From: Octopus sinensis
Lineage: Eukaryota
Direction: 5' to 3'
NCBI RefSeq assembly: GCF_006345805.1
Contig: NC_043006.1
Location: forward strand, 6,758,001 to 6,822,000
DNA length: 64,000 nucleotides
The notes under the pieces were generated by a model, which saw only the letters and a program-made list of their open reading frames with translations, was not told the DNA's origin and searched no databases. The position numbers and the translations under genes are program-made. Below are positions 23,735 through 37,642 of the stretch, in pieces; positions within the stretch are counted from its first letter, which is position 1; the number at the start of each line of letters is the position of its first letter.

Positions 23735-23900
23735 GTTTGTCCCCACACCATCATTTGACAATCGATGTTGAGGTGTTCTCAGCAAAAGAGACAAATAGGC
23801 TTACAAAGAATAAGTCCTGGGGTCGATTTGTTCGACTAAAGGCAGTGCTCCAGCATGGCCGCAGTCAAATGACTGAAACAAATAAAAGAATGAAAGAATA
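23735..23900 (+). mobile_element. SINE-C-related 3' half
   Basis: GGCTTACAAAGAATAAGTCCTGGGGTCGATTTGTTCGACTAAAGGCAGTGCTCCAGCATGGCCGCAGTC. Confidence 0.8.
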
Positions 23901-25353
23901 CACATACATACACACTAGCAATGGTGTTGCTCGGATGTTATGACCTACAGCCATATTGTATTATTGTAGCTTTCTTATGGGCAGAATCAGCACAGCCGAT
24001 ATATAGCGAACTAGATTACTGGCGTAATGGACGTCATTGCTTGTTTAAAAGTGAAGTGGGAGGCTAAAATTTGCACTGACTTGCATGAAAGCGCTTTCTG
24101 TTCTAAAAAAAGATCACAAACTATGCACTGTTTCATCGTATAAGTGGAAGTTGATTCGATTTCACCCAGAAATATCGTTTGGAAAATTTTAGTTTCCCCT
24201 CATCACCACCGCAATTTCTTTGTAACTTTTTTACGAATTGTTTTTTTCTGTCCATATAGAAAAATACAGAGATTACGAATCTGGGAAATGTATTTATTTT
24301 CAAAGTTTAATTTTTCTTCAAGAAACACTGAATACCCCTTCCCCCACCTCGCTCACCTATCACCTACTTTGTAGCTTTCAAAAAGCTACAAACACCCAAT
24401 GCTTCACTTTCGCATGATGATTCACGCATGCTTAGAATTGTACTGAAATAGCAGACTTAAATATCAGAGCACCGCCAGAAATCCCGACATGCTAGAAACA
24501 ACAGGTATACGACATTATTTGTGAAGAAACTTCCCCTCTTTGCAAAAAGCTAAAGTGTAACTTGGGGAGTTTGAAACTTTCTGAAAGTAATGAGTTGATG
24601 CGTGGATGTTTAAGAAGGATATTTTAGTGTTTCTTTAAGAAAAAAGAAAGAAGAGACTTCTTAAAGATACGTATTCTCTGTTTTTTATTCTCCGTGGATT
24701 ACCAAGAAAATATTCGAAAAACGTAAAGCATGAAGAAATTGGGTGGGAGGAGAAAATTAAAATATTGAAAAGGTGTGGGTGGGTGGGGGGCAAAATCCTA
24801 ATCTCTTCTATTGAAAACAGAGGAATTGAAAGAAATTTAGGAAAACAATCAGGTGGGGGACGCAAATTTCACCTCAGACACGATAGAAGCAACGGGTAAA
24901 GGACAGGATTTCTAAGAGAACTTTCTTTTAACTTTATATCGAAAATCAGCTTTTTAAATAGACTCATCAGAAACGGGAATTACAGAAGATAGAAAGGGGA
25001 TTTCAATTGGACTTGAGTTGTAATTTTGCGCGTGCACATAGCAAGAAATAGTATAATGCATACAGAACGTTTAGCGTGAGAGAGAGAAAAAGAGTGAGAG
25101 TATGTAGTGTGAGTGTGAATGCACGCGAGAGCGTGTGTGTGTGTGTGTATGTGTGTGTGTGCGCGCGTGTATGTGTATCAGTGGAAGTTATTTTCTGGTA
25201 TCCTTTCGTTTTCTGGTATCAACTCGATCATATGGTCAATCTTGTGGGACCATATGGTTGTTTTCTTAATTTCCGTATTTTTTAAGTTTCTTTCAGCATT
25301 TATGTGAGCATAACTTGAAAGAGAGCAGAAAGTGAAAGATGCATGTACGTGTA

Positions 25354-25384
<31 letters not shown>

Positions 25385-25399
25385 GTGAGTGAGTGAGTG

Positions 25400-26340
25400 A
25401 GTGAGTGAGTGAAGGGGTTTGTTGTCATGTATTCTTTTTATGCAGGTATGTGAAAGTGGCACTCACTTGATCTCTCTCTCTCTCCTTCTCACACACACAC
25501 ACATCTTTCATATACACGTACATATATAGATATGTATACCGCTTTTTTAAATGTATGTGTGCGTGCGAATGTCGGAGAGAAAGTGAAAGACTGTATTTCC
25601 TGATAACATATAGAAAAATGGATGTCTTTTAAGATACTGATATAGAAAAAAATGATGTCACCGTCGTCGTGATATAAAATGTCGTTTAGGATAGCTGAAT
25701 TTTAGAAAGAATATGTTAATCATTTGTAATGCCAATATGTAAAGGAATATAAAGTATATTTGTTAGCCGAAAGATTGTTGAATCATTTGATATCTCATAT
25801 CAAAATCAGCAACTCAGTTTTCGAATGCATTTGTTAAATCCGCATGCACGCACGTGTGTGTGCGTTTGCCTGAGAGAGATGGCGAAAAAGAGTGAATGAG
25901 TGAAGGTTTGTGTTGTCATGTATGTGTAAGTGGCAGTCACACGGTTTCTCTCCTTCTCTCTCTCTCTCACGCACATTTTTTCATATACTCATACATAAAT
26001 GCATATGCATACATCTTTTTTGTATATATATGTGCTTGTGCGTGTGCATGTGATGAGAGTATGAGTGACTGTATTTCGTTATAACGTATAGAGAAATGAG
26101 ATGTCTTTTAAGGAACACAATCATATGGAAAATGTGACGTCGTCGTTGATGCCGTCGTGGTATATAATATTTAGGATAGTTGATTTACAGAAAGGATTAT
26201 AATGTAAAATATTTGTAATGCAATTAAGTAAATGAAAATAAAGTTTATTTGATAGTGGTAAGATGACTGAATCCTTGGATACCCCATTTGTCAAAATCGG
26301 CAACTTAGTTTTCGAATGCATTAGGAAGATACGCGTGCGC
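25400..26340 (+). repeat. Old tandem duplication, period ~490 bp
   Basis: Collinear anchors GAGTGAAGG..TGTTGTCATGTAT, GACTGTATTTC, CCGTCGT.G, TTTAGGATAG and CAACT.AGTTTTCGAATGCATT occur twice. Confidence 0.75.
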
Positions 26341-26346
26341 ACACAT

Positions 26347-26377
<31 letters not shown>

Positions 26378-26800
26378 GACTCAAAAACACACATACAAAT
26401 TCTCTTTTATACACATGGAAGTATCCTTGTCTGTCGTTCTATCTGTCTCGCATTCCCCGTGATTCTATCTCTTCCAGTCCCCTCCCAGTCCGATATCAGC
26501 TACCTTCATTATGCCACATTTTTCCTGAACCTAACATTTTTGCGCCCCTCTCATTTCATCATGTAATACCCCCCCCCACTCCCGTCGTCGATCCATTATC
26601 AACATTTATTGATATCCAGTTAGTCTATAATTGAACTGGATATTAGTTCACTATATACACAAAGTTGGGTGAAGATTGGTTCCCTGGTTTGGGCAGCAAG
26701 ATGGTAACAGACAGACAGAAATTACCATTTGTATATATATACGCCCAGGGTGATAAATGCGCATGCGCGTGTACATACGTATGTCATAATTTTATGTATA

Positions 26801-27032
26801 GGGCGGCGAGCTGGCAGAAACGTTAGCGCGCCGGGCGAAATGCTTAGCAGTATTTCGTCTGTCGTTACGTTCTGAGTTCAAATTCCGCCGAGGTCGACTT
26901 TGCCTTTCATCCTTTCGGGGTCGATAAATAAAGTACCAGTTTCACACTGGGGTCAATGTAATCGACTTAATCCCTTTGTCTGTCCTTGTTTGTCCCCCCT
27001 ATGTTTAGCCCCTTGTGGGTAGTAAAGAAATA
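26801..27032 (+). mobile_element. SINE family A with 14-bp TSD
   Basis: TAATTTTATGTATA on both sides. Confidence 0.94.
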
Positions 27033-27229
27033 CGTAATTTTATGTATATATTGTGAACAGTTATTCTGTCAAACATTGTTCGACTTACTTTAGAGCAGTG
27101 CCACGTATAACACTTACTCTAATTGCTCTACTAACTACTGGAATCCAGTGTACCTTGGGTATGTCATGCTTATCCCATTATTATATTTTTATAGCCTAAA
27201 TCATTGAAAATACCTTAAGCAAAAAATAT

Positions 27230-27658
27230 ACTCTTTTCTCTTTCTTTCTCTTTTCTCTTTTACTTGTTTTAGTCATTTGACTGCGGCCATGCTGGAGCAC
27301 CGCCTTTAATCGAGCAAATCGACCCCGGGATTTATTCTTTGTAAGCCCAGTACTTATTCTAGCGGTCTCTTTTGCCGAACCGCTAAGTGACGGGGACGTA
27401 AACACACCAGCACCGGTTGTCAAGCAATGCTAGGGAGACAAACACAGACACACAAACACATACACACACACATATATATATATACATATATACGACAGGC
27501 TTCTTTCAGTTTCCGTCTACCAAATCCACTCACAAGGCTTTGGTCGGCCCGGGGCTATAGCAGAAGACACTTGCCCAAGATGCCACGCAGTGGGACTGAA
27601 CCCGGAACCATGTGGTTGGTTAGCAAGCTACTTACCACACAGCCACTCCTGCGCCTAT
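27230..27658 (-). mobile_element. tRNA-derived SINE family C, full length
   Basis: Head ATAGGCGCAGGAGTGGCTGTGTGGTAAG...GGTTCAGTCCC (A/B-box-like), TTGGGCAAGTGTCTTCT segment, internal (TA)n(TG)n, and GAGTAAAA/GAGAAAA tail. Confidence 0.93.
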
Positions 27659-27889
27659 ACTGCCTCTATTTGTAAATTTAGTTGGCTAAAACTATATTTT
27701 CACAGGAGCGTATACTGTAATCTTCAAATCTTGACTCTGAAGGAATGATGCTAGGGGTGTGAAATCTTGCATGCATTCATTTAAACTAATCTTAGTAATA
27801 ACTGCATTGTTCCTTTCCAGCTAAACGTACATCTGACTGTTAAAGGAGACACCAAAAAATAAGTAGTGATGACTTCTTGTTGACAAACA

Positions 27890-28120
27890 ACAGCAGTAAT
27901 TGTTTTCACCTGAATAGACGTCATTGATTGGTTGAAATTGCCGAAATACGAGAAATTTAACAACAAATAGCTTACAAACTACACGATTTTCTCAAGAACG
28001 CCAAGGGAAAAAGATGTTTTATGTGACACATTCTACCAGTAAACGAAGTTTAAAAGTGTTTAGTTACAAAAATGTTTATTAAAAATCTGCCAGTCAAAGT
28101 GAAAAGATCCGAGACTTGAC
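27890..28120 (+). mobile_element. Diverged 3' half of the MITE at 33589
   Basis: CACCTGAATAGACGTCATTGATTGGTTGAAATTGC...ACATTCTACCAGT...GAAAAGATCC is collinear with 33830-34032. Confidence 0.7.
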
Positions 28121-28356
28121 TGAAAAATGAACATCATTTGTTCACATTCAATGAGAAGATTTTGCTAGCCTATGAATTTTTCTGTCGATGCTTGTATTTA
28201 TTAATTATTTATAATGTTCGTATTAGTAAAGATACGGCATTTTGTTTTCATTTTCGATCATTTAGTAATATCTATTTCTAGTTATTTATATTTCGTCTAG
28301 ACATATTTATGTCCGATGGCAATGAAACTTCGATATGTGTGTGAGTGTGTGTGTGT

Positions 28357-28404
<48 letters not shown>

Positions 28405-29598
28405 TGGACTATAAAATTTTCCTGAGGGTCATCGACTTTAAGAATCTCTGTGACTGAACTTCCTCTTGCAATCTCTTTTCATTGTCGGATACTCGTGTGT
28501 GTGCACTGTTTCTCCAAGATTCACATCAGACACATTAGATACATGTTTATTCCCTCACATTTCTGTTGGTATTTCACTCATTACACAATATCGATTTATG
28601 ACAAAGATCCAATGATAATTTACCTCTGTTTATAGTCTGCCTTCGCTTACCATTTGCATTTTCTCATTCCTCCACATATTCCACAGTTAATTATCGTGTA
28701 GTTTCTCCTTACATACCTTTCGGGCTATAAACGAAAATGGCCCATCTCTGTGCTATAAATAAATTTTAACGTTTTGTGGACCTGCAATTTCTCAGACAGA
28801 ATTTCGATTTCATATTGTACATTTCCTCACAAATAATTTTTGTGTTTTATTGGGCGTAGGGCTACTTTCTTAACACACCTTAAACATGCAAATCTGTAGC
28901 TCTACGTTTTCTTTACCTATTAGCCTTTTTACAATATCTATGGTTGTTTATCTTTTCTCCTTACAGCAGTCAGTCTTTCAAACAGCAGACTTTTATTCGG
29001 TGACCTACTTGAAGTTAGAAAACAGTTTCCATTTCATTTATTTTTTCAGTGTTTTGCAGCTACTTTAATCACTTCCATTGTTCTTTAATAGTCATTTTGT
29101 GCTAAAATGGATATTTTCCAGTAATATATGTCTATTCTTCTAAATCGCATCCATTCCTAGTATGAATAACAAATATAATTTTTATGGTGTATTGTAAAAA
29201 CAGAAATTATTGTTCCTGTCTATCTAGTCTCGGCTAATTCATTTCGCTATTAAAATATTGTGTCTTACTACTTTTAAATCAAGACAATTAAGGGACATTA
29301 CATTATTTTCTTTATTTCGGTATATTTTAGTTATTAATTTAATTCTTGAATATCCCTGTCTAGTCTCTTTCTATTTTCTATTGTATGGGTATTAAAATAT
29401 GTCTAGTGACTTGATTCTTAAATGTATTCAGTTTAATTCTCTTACATCTCTTTATCTGGCATAGTCTCACATTTTCATCTGATAATTTACCTCAAGCTCA
29501 GGAGCTCTTTTGCAAATACTTTTGTTTATATCTAAAATCTTCTATTTATTTCAAATTGATGTCATGTACATATATAAATTGTAGTTAATTGTCCCATT

Positions 29599-29988
29599 GG
29601 ATGGAAGCACTCCGTCGGTTACAACGATGAGGGTTCCGGTTGATCCGAATCAACGGAACAGCCCGCTCGTGAAATTAACGTGTAAGTGGCTGAGCGCTCC
29701 ACAGACACGTGTACCCTTAACGTAGTTCTCGGGGATATTCAGCGTGACACAGAGAGTGACAAGGCCGGCCCCCTTGAAATACAGGTACAACAGAAACAGG
29801 AAGTAAGAGTGAGAGAAAGTTGTGGTGAAAGAGTACAGCAGGGATCACCACCATCCCTTGCCGGAGCCTCGTGGAGCTTTTAGGTGTTTTCGCTCAATAA
29901 ACACTCACAACGCCCGGTCTGGGAATCGAAACCGCGATCCTATGACCGCGAGTCCGCTGCCCTAACCACTGGGCCATTGCGCCTCCAC
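29599..29988 (-). mobile_element. SINE family B with 12-bp TSD
   Basis: AATTGTCCCATT at 29587-29598 and 29989-30000. Confidence 0.95.
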
Positions 29989-30667
29989 AATTGTCCCATT
30001 ATACTAGTTTAGTCAAAGATCAAAATATGAAAACCATTATCAGTGCTTCTTTCTCCAGACCGCTCAATAAAGTTACTGGTATTCGTTTCCTAGTTGACTA
30101 GATTTGGTGCAGTAAAACCAGCCACAGGACGACAGAATATTAAGAATATAACACTTAATCATTTTGTCTAGTTTCTCTGGAAAATCAGAACCTTGCGGTA
30201 ATAAACAAAAAGATCTATACTTAAATTTGCAACAGTTCGTGAGATGACTCCTATGAAAACTGAAGGTGAAGTCAATGTTAAAAGTATTTGAAATGTAAAT
30301 TTCCACCTTAAATTTTGTCAAACACTCTAGGGAAGCCACCAGTTGCACTTTCGATATAATACAACATATCGAACTGTTTACTACATTTAATACAGCATCC
30401 TCTAATTAAATGCGGTATATAGAATAAGTAAAATAAATCTCCATCAAATGCTGCGATATATTCGAAACAGCTACTGCACAGAAACATAATTCTTCATCAA
30501 CTTCGCATCCCGAATAACATCTTTTTTTCTTTTACATATTCTTTTTGTTCATCAAAAATCACCTGATAATGTATAGAAACACGTATTAGACAATTCTAAT
30601 TTAACACGTTTTTCAAAGTCTATAATAGAATAAAAAGGTCTGGTGGCAACTGCAAGAATGACAATAT

Positions 30668-30883
30668 ATTTCTTTACTGCCCACAAGGGGCTAAACATAG
30701 AGGGGACAAACGGATTAAGTCGATTACATCGATCCCAGTGCGAAACTGGTACTTTATTTATCGACCCCGAAAGGATGAAAGGCAAAGTCGACCTCGGCGG
30801 AATTTGAACTCAGAACGTAACGACAGACGAAATACCGCTAAGCATTACGCCCGGCGCGCTAACGTTTCTGCCAGCTCGTCGCC
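30668..30883 (-). mobile_element. SINE family A
   Basis: Near full-length reverse copy. Confidence 0.92.
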
Positions 30884-31064
30884 TAATGAATATAACAAAT
30901 CTAAAAACTCGAGGGACATTAACGTGATTTACTAACAGCAAATGTGCTTGGACAGCTGAGAGTATAGTAGCTTTGATGTATAATTGTTGATGCTTTGTAG
31001 TTTCATGTCAGCGCACATCATTTGTAGCTTCAAGTATGGTACATCTATATATATATACATATAC

Positions 31065-31295
31065 GGCGGCGAGCTGGCAGAAGCGTTAGCACGCCGGGCG
31101 AAATGCGTAGCCGTATTTCGTCTGCCGTTACGTTCTGAGTTCAAATTCCGCCGAGGTCGACTTTGCCTTTCATCCTTTCGGGGTCGATAAATTAAGTACC
31201 AGTTACGCACTGGGGTCGATATAATCGACTTAATCCGTTTGTCTGTCCTTGTTTATCCCCTCTGTGTTTAGCCCCTTGTGGGTAGTAAAGAAATA
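31065..31295 (+). mobile_element. SINE family A
   Basis: Full-length copy. Confidence 0.93.
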
Positions 31296-31980
31296 TATAT
31301 ATATATATATATACATACATTCCGCCGGGGAATCTCCGGTGACCTTGTAACTATCGCTGAAAATTGGCCAGGCTAGTTGTCATCAACTTATGCCATCACC
31401 TACTTGGTTGCATCCCCCAAAATATTTCGAAATACATTCAACCGAGATTTTAAAGCTCGTCAAGTTCTCTAATTTTTTTCCCGCTTATTTACAGCTCTAC
31501 CACTAGCGTCATATTAAATTAAATATCAAGCAAATTATATTTTTTTAAATGGAAATGATATACTTAAAATTTTAGTACATACATATCGCAAGTGAAATTT
31601 TATAATTAGACATGCGATATGTTTCAGGTAAACTAATTAAATCCAAAAGCTAGTTAATTAACATGCCGACAGTAAGAGAAAATCAATTCTTTATTACGCT
31701 ACTTAAGAATGCTAAATCTCATACATTTTTCCCTCGTTCTCTTCACTATTGGTGTTTGTTTATGTATTTTTAGGAGTTCTCTTACTTATTAATATGGACA
31801 TTACTTACTAACAGATGCGAAGGTGAAGTATAAGAGAGATGGTGAAAACGAATGGAGCTCATGCTGGAAGGTAGTATTGCGTGAGAGATAGATATACGAA
31901 TGCATACATGCATACATATATATATATATATATATGTAATTATCATGTGCATATATCTCTAATTATGTGTATATATAAAT

Positions 31981-32039
<59 letters not shown>

Positions 32040-32064
32040 TGTATATATACATACATACATATAT

Positions 32065-32103
<39 letters not shown>

Positions 32104-32182
32104 AGATAGAGAGATATATAACTCTATATATATAAATATATATATATATCTTTATATATATCTTTATATATAAATATATATA

Positions 32183-32213
<31 letters not shown>

Positions 32214-33588
32214 CATACATAATTACATACGTATATACACAGATGCCTGCACATATTCAAACATACAAAAATACCCTGTTGTGTGTAATTTCAAAGCAGG
32301 AGCCTTGAATCTAGGTTAGAAACCGGGTCTTTCTCTTTTAGCAAGAAATCTTGAAATAAAACCGAACAAGGACATACATACATACATACATACATACATA
32401 CATAAATACATAAATACATACATACATACATATACGTATCCATACAGTTCTTTTTTTTTACATTTTGATAATATCATTTTAAATCGAAGTGACACATTTA
32501 TGAAAATTATGCATCTCAGCCATTGACAGAGAGTTCTGAAGGAGACAGGTATTTGAAAGTCTTCATATACTCAAGTATAAATTGACTGCTACAGGTATAT
32601 GTATTAAGATGATTATAGGAATCTTATTTCAAAGTGAATGAGGGCTATTAACCTTAATATTTTGTTTCTTTGACAGATATCTATAAATTGATAAGTAAAC
32701 AGCAAAACTTAAAACGCAAATGCCATTTAAGATTTATTAAATAATATAATGGAAAGAGGACATCATTTACACTTCAACGTCACACAACACTCAAGAATAG
32801 AATTGAATGCCTATTCACAAAATGGCTGCGTGGAGAAGAGAAAAGTACAATTATCTTATATATTCTGTCCGAAACAACTGCAACTGTTTCATTAGGTTTC
32901 TTGCAACGACACTGTTATCGATATATCTAATTTTCAATCACGAATGAAAATTCAACTGATTATTATTATTATTCTTTTTCTTTTTCTCTTTTTCTTTTCT
33001 TCAGGAAAATGTAGTTAAGGGAAAACAGTCAGCGGCATTCTAGAATAAAGAGATTAAAGTTGTAACTAAGAAAAAGTTACCTGAAATTATCTGGAAGCTA
33101 TCTGAATATTGGGAAAGAGTTAACTGCATCATGGTGATTCGCGCTGGGTATCAATATACTGAAAACATTAGCGTTACTCAATACTCTGTGAACACTATAA
33201 ACGCTGTAATATATAACATGTACAGGTGTGATGGAGACGACGAAATCTTGGCCAGCAAGATGAGACCCAGCTGGAGTTCTGACAGAGATTCAACACAGAG
33301 TAGGATATAGAATAATATTGTTATGCCTATGGCAATTTATAAGTTATTACATAAATAAAGTTTCTCACAAATTCTGGTTTTATTTTAAAATAAGGCATTA
33401 TACAATTTATGAAAACGTGTCATATATTAATTGTCCGTTTATGAATTCATGTGTGGATTTTCACTATAAGAACAATGCCAATATTTATTAAAATTTTACA
33501 GAAGATTGGAAAATTGTTAAGGGAAGATTAGAATAACTTTTAGTGGTGCAGGATGAAGTCTATATAATTAAAAGTGAGTAATATTTTG

Positions 33589-34032
33589 GGATCTTTTCGG
33601 TTTGAACGGCAGTTTTTTCTAGCGGTGTCATATGAAATTGTCACCCATAATTATGACCCTAGTATCGATCTATTGCATTTTAATCTGTTTTAGGGTTAGG
33701 GTTAGTTAGGGTTAGGGTTAGTTAGGGTTAGGGGTGGGGGGAAGGGTATCTTTTTTTCTTCATAAATGTAAATAAACCCAATCTGTTTCTTAAACAAGGG
33801 ACATATTCATACGGCACATAATTTTTTTAACCTGAATACACGTCATTGAATGGTTGAAATTGCAGGAATTGAAGAAACAAAAACAACAAATATCTTACAA
33901 ACTATAGAATTTTCTCAATAAAGCCAAGAGAAAAAGATGTTTTATAAACACATTCTACCAGTATACGAAGTTAAAAATTTTTTAGTTACTTAGAAATTAT
34001 GTTAAAAACTGCCGTTCAAACGGAAAAGATCC
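33589..34032. mobile_element. MITE with 29-bp TIRs and internal TTAGGG repeats
   Basis: GGATCTTTTCGGTTTGAACGGCAGTTTTT / AAAAACTGCCGTTCAAACGGAAAAGATCC; TTAGGG/TTAG units at 33690-33734. Confidence 0.85.
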
Positions 34033-34899
34033 TATTTTTGAACTTATATGTGAAATGAGAGTGTGATCACCCGGTGAATTTCAATATATACGTATATTGA
34101 AAATATTAAAATATGCCTCTATTTTAATAAGAATTGCAGCGAATCGTAGATACGTTTGAAGACGAAACACTATTAAATGAGTGAGACTATCATGAGATCA
34201 AAGTATGCTATAAATGAATTATCACTAAATCATTAAGAGTACAAAAATACAATTTATTTTTTAAAGGCGGCATTAAAACCAATTATTAACAAATGAACTT
34301 CCTTCTAAATAGTTCCATAAGTTCGGTTTGATAGAAATTGGCAATTACATTTCCGTTGTTCGTGTAGGATTCACTGAAGGTTATTCTATTTTCTACCAAG
34401 AATAACTATATTCCATTAGTATAATGAATACGAAATGTCATTCTCTTTAATGTGCTGAAAGTAAACGTAGATAACTAAACATCAAGGATGCGAACGCATT
34501 CATTTTGAATGAACTTAGAAACAACGTAGATTCTTCGGCATTCCGTAATATAAATAACATAATTAAATGAAGTGTGGTGAAGATCAGCCCTACTGTCTAC
34601 CAAAAGAGTTTCGATGCATAGATTGGCACAATGGTTTGTCTTTGAGTGACTTGGCTTAATTTTTGGAATAGAAAGTTTAAAAAGTATCTGCAAATTATAT
34701 TTTTATTTACGATAATAGAATTTCGATGAACTATAAGACTGAGACTTCGAATTTCCCACTTGCAGGAGGACTACATCGGAAAGTTGAAACCAAAAGTATG
34801 ATCTCTGGTAACATTTTTCCTTGACTCAAACACGCAACTATCGAATGATCTTTCACTTTCATATTAGGTTTTTATATACAGATTGACATACAAACAGAA

Positions 34900-35259
34900 A
34901 ATCACACACGCACACATACACATACATATAGACACAGACTCATACACAAACACCTACCCACACACGCAAACTCACACAAATATTTATATATATGTATATA
35001 TGTATATATGTATATGTGTATGTATATATGTATATGTGTATGTATATATGTATATGTGTATGTATATATATATATATACATACACATATACATATATACA
35101 TACATATATATACATATATACACATATACACATATATACACATATACACATATATACACATATACACATATATACACATATATATACATATATACACATA
35201 TACATATATACATACATATATACATATACATATATACATATATACATACATATATACAT

Positions 35260-35290
<31 letters not shown>

Positions 35291-36200
35291 TAAACAATTG
35301 CAGCGTGGAAGGTGTTTATAAGCCATTTAAGAAACACACAAAAGCCGTTCGATTCACTCCAACATTTAAGTTTAATTTGTCAAAATATTTTCGTCGCTAA
35401 AATCCGCGACCTGTTCACTGACAAAGTCCGTGCTGCATCTAAGAAAGTAACAGTTAGTTCGTCATATATATGTACGTATGTATGTGTGTATGTATGCATA
35501 CATGTGTGTATGTATGTACGTATGCATGTACGCACATACGCCTGTGTATGCATGTATGTATGTATGTATGTATGTATGTATGTATATATGTATGTGTGTG
35601 TATAAGCACGCACATACACTCTATAAAACATAAAGTTATAAACCTGTAGCGATGGATGGATGTAGAGTGACCACTCATCACAACGCTATCAAATTTCAAC
35701 TCCCTACGGCCGAGGCTAGAAAGTGAATTTATGACGCTTGCTCACAAGAACTATACCCTAAAATCTATTATCAGATTTTTATCTCCATATCACAGAACTA
35801 ATGTTTTACTATTGTTCGTATGTATGTATGTATGTGCGTATGTATGTATGTATGTATGTATGTATGTATGTATGTATGTGTGTATGTACATACGTACGCA
35901 TGTGCGTATGTATGTATACGCGCTCGTATGCATGTGCCCATGTATGTGTGTGCGTACATGTACGTGCGTATGTACGTGTGTATGCCCATACGTAGGTATG
36001 TATGTATGTTTGTATTCATGTGCTACGTATGTATGTGAGTGTCTAGGAGAATGGGTAGATGTGTCCGTGAGAGTGTGTACATGTGTATGTGTATGTGAAC
36101 GTATGTCCGTGTACTGGCATGTGTCCGTCCAAGTTGTGTACATGACTGTTACTTTGCTGAAGGTTGTATACATATTTACATATATGTTTGTATAGACGCA
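34900..36200. repeat. Complex (TA/CA/TG) and (TATG)n microsatellite region
   Basis: Direct reading; source of many spurious Y/I/M/C/V ORFs. Confidence 0.9.
35376..35425 (-). ncRNA. Minimal type I hammerhead with swapped G3:C8 core (GUGAACA)
   Basis: TTTGTCA-GTGAACA-G-GTCGC-GGATTTTA-GCGAC-GAAAA-TA-TTT-TGACAAA: 7-bp stem I, 5-bp stem II, GAAA, and palindromic AAUAUU stem III. Confidence 0.7.
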
Positions 36201-36239
36201 CACACATATATATATATGTGTGTGGGTGTGTGTTTGTTC

Positions 36240-37642
36240 CTCTCATCATCGTCTAACCGTGAATGGATACAACGCCTAGGTGCAACTGTTCGTATCAAAC
36301 AACGTCTGCTCATACCGTTGTATATAACTGCACATACGCATTGCAACCTGTATGTAAGGACTACAGGTGAAATGGAGAGAGAGAGAGGGGTGGTTATAGA
36401 ATATTCCTTCTGGATGTTATTCCATTCGGACTTTCGGTTGAGAGTAGGTTTGTATTCTTGTATACAAACAGCTTCTGTGACCTGTCTCAACATTGCATCG
36501 GTGGGATGTGTTGATAGGATGTTCAACTTAAGCTCCCCTAAGGATCCCTTGTGACAGTCTACAGCATGTTGGTAGAAGATGGAGTTTGGCTTCCTTTCAA
36601 TGTAGTTGTCCAGGTGTTCTTTGAACCTATCATTGATGCTTCTAGAGGTCTCACCTATGTATGACTCCGGGTTAGCTGCGCAAGCTCCCTCCTGGCACTT
36701 AATCTGGTATACAGTGCCCTTGGTTTTACAATTTACGTGTGGATTTGTCGAACACACTGCACAATTACTCTGACAGGTGATTCTATCAAATGGATATGAT
36801 CTGCATAATGCCGATTTGATAGTCCTACCTGTCTTTTCTACAACTTTAACTTTTAGGCCCGTAGTGCGCAAGACTTTCTTGAATGCCTTACTTAGCTCGT
36901 TCTTAGGTGTGGCGTCAACGAACATCACTCCGTGAAATCTCCTGTTATCGTACCAAGTAACGTTCTCATCTTTTTGTTGGTGTCCCTCTCTAACCTATTC
37001 CAGAACTTGTTGCGGTACAGGGAGCATATACCGTTTTCGTCGTTCCTAGAATGCGTTCGAATCTAGCTTTCGCTCCTTTGTACACCCTGACTCTATCGTC
37101 TTGTGTGTATCCGGAGCGTTGCATTCGGAATATGTAGTGCTGGATGTGTTGTTGTCGTTCTTGTGGTTGGCATAGTGGTGATACATTCCTCATTATTCTA
37201 ACTAAGTCTGCCACTAGGATGTTGAGTTTGGCAGTATCCGACATAGCTGAGTCACTACGGATTACTAGTGGATTAGCCATCGGTTTCTGATAGTGTGAGT
37301 GGAGTATACATGGTTTAATGGTACCATTAACCATAGCGTCTTCCATCCATAGCTCAGTATCTAGGACGGGTAATCGTTTACTGGGGTGTTTAGAGGGGTA
37401 GTCTATGGTAAGTTTTATACTGCTGTGGATAGAGTCAGCTATGTGTTGTATAGATGTCATCACCTGTTCTTCACTTGGTAGAGGGCCCATAACTGTGTCT
37501 GTATTACATTTCACAACAAGGTTAATGTCGTCGACGTAACGAGAGTACATAGCCAAGTGGATGTTACGGTTTGCTAGGCACTGTTTAAAACGCTTGTCCC
37601 ACCATACCATGAAGAGGTTAGCAACGTCACCGGCGATCCCGT
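36240..37642 (-). mobile_element. 5'-truncated Penelope-like retroelement (RT + GIY-YIG), Naiad-like
   Basis: GIAGDVANLFMVWWDKRF, YSRYVDD, LPVLDTELW, HYQKPMA...SAMSDTAKLNILVADLVRIMRN. After two frameshifts near 37045 and 36965: TWY...VMFVDATP, Cys linker CQSNCAVC...C, VYQIKC...YIGETSRSINDRFKEH, and EAVCIQEYKPTLNRKSEW. Confidence 0.9.

Noticed and set aside
36176-37610. Selenoprotein-type Naiad (in-frame UGA and SECIS)
   Set aside because: No in-frame UGA in the preserved frames and no convincing SECIS in the short 3' region.
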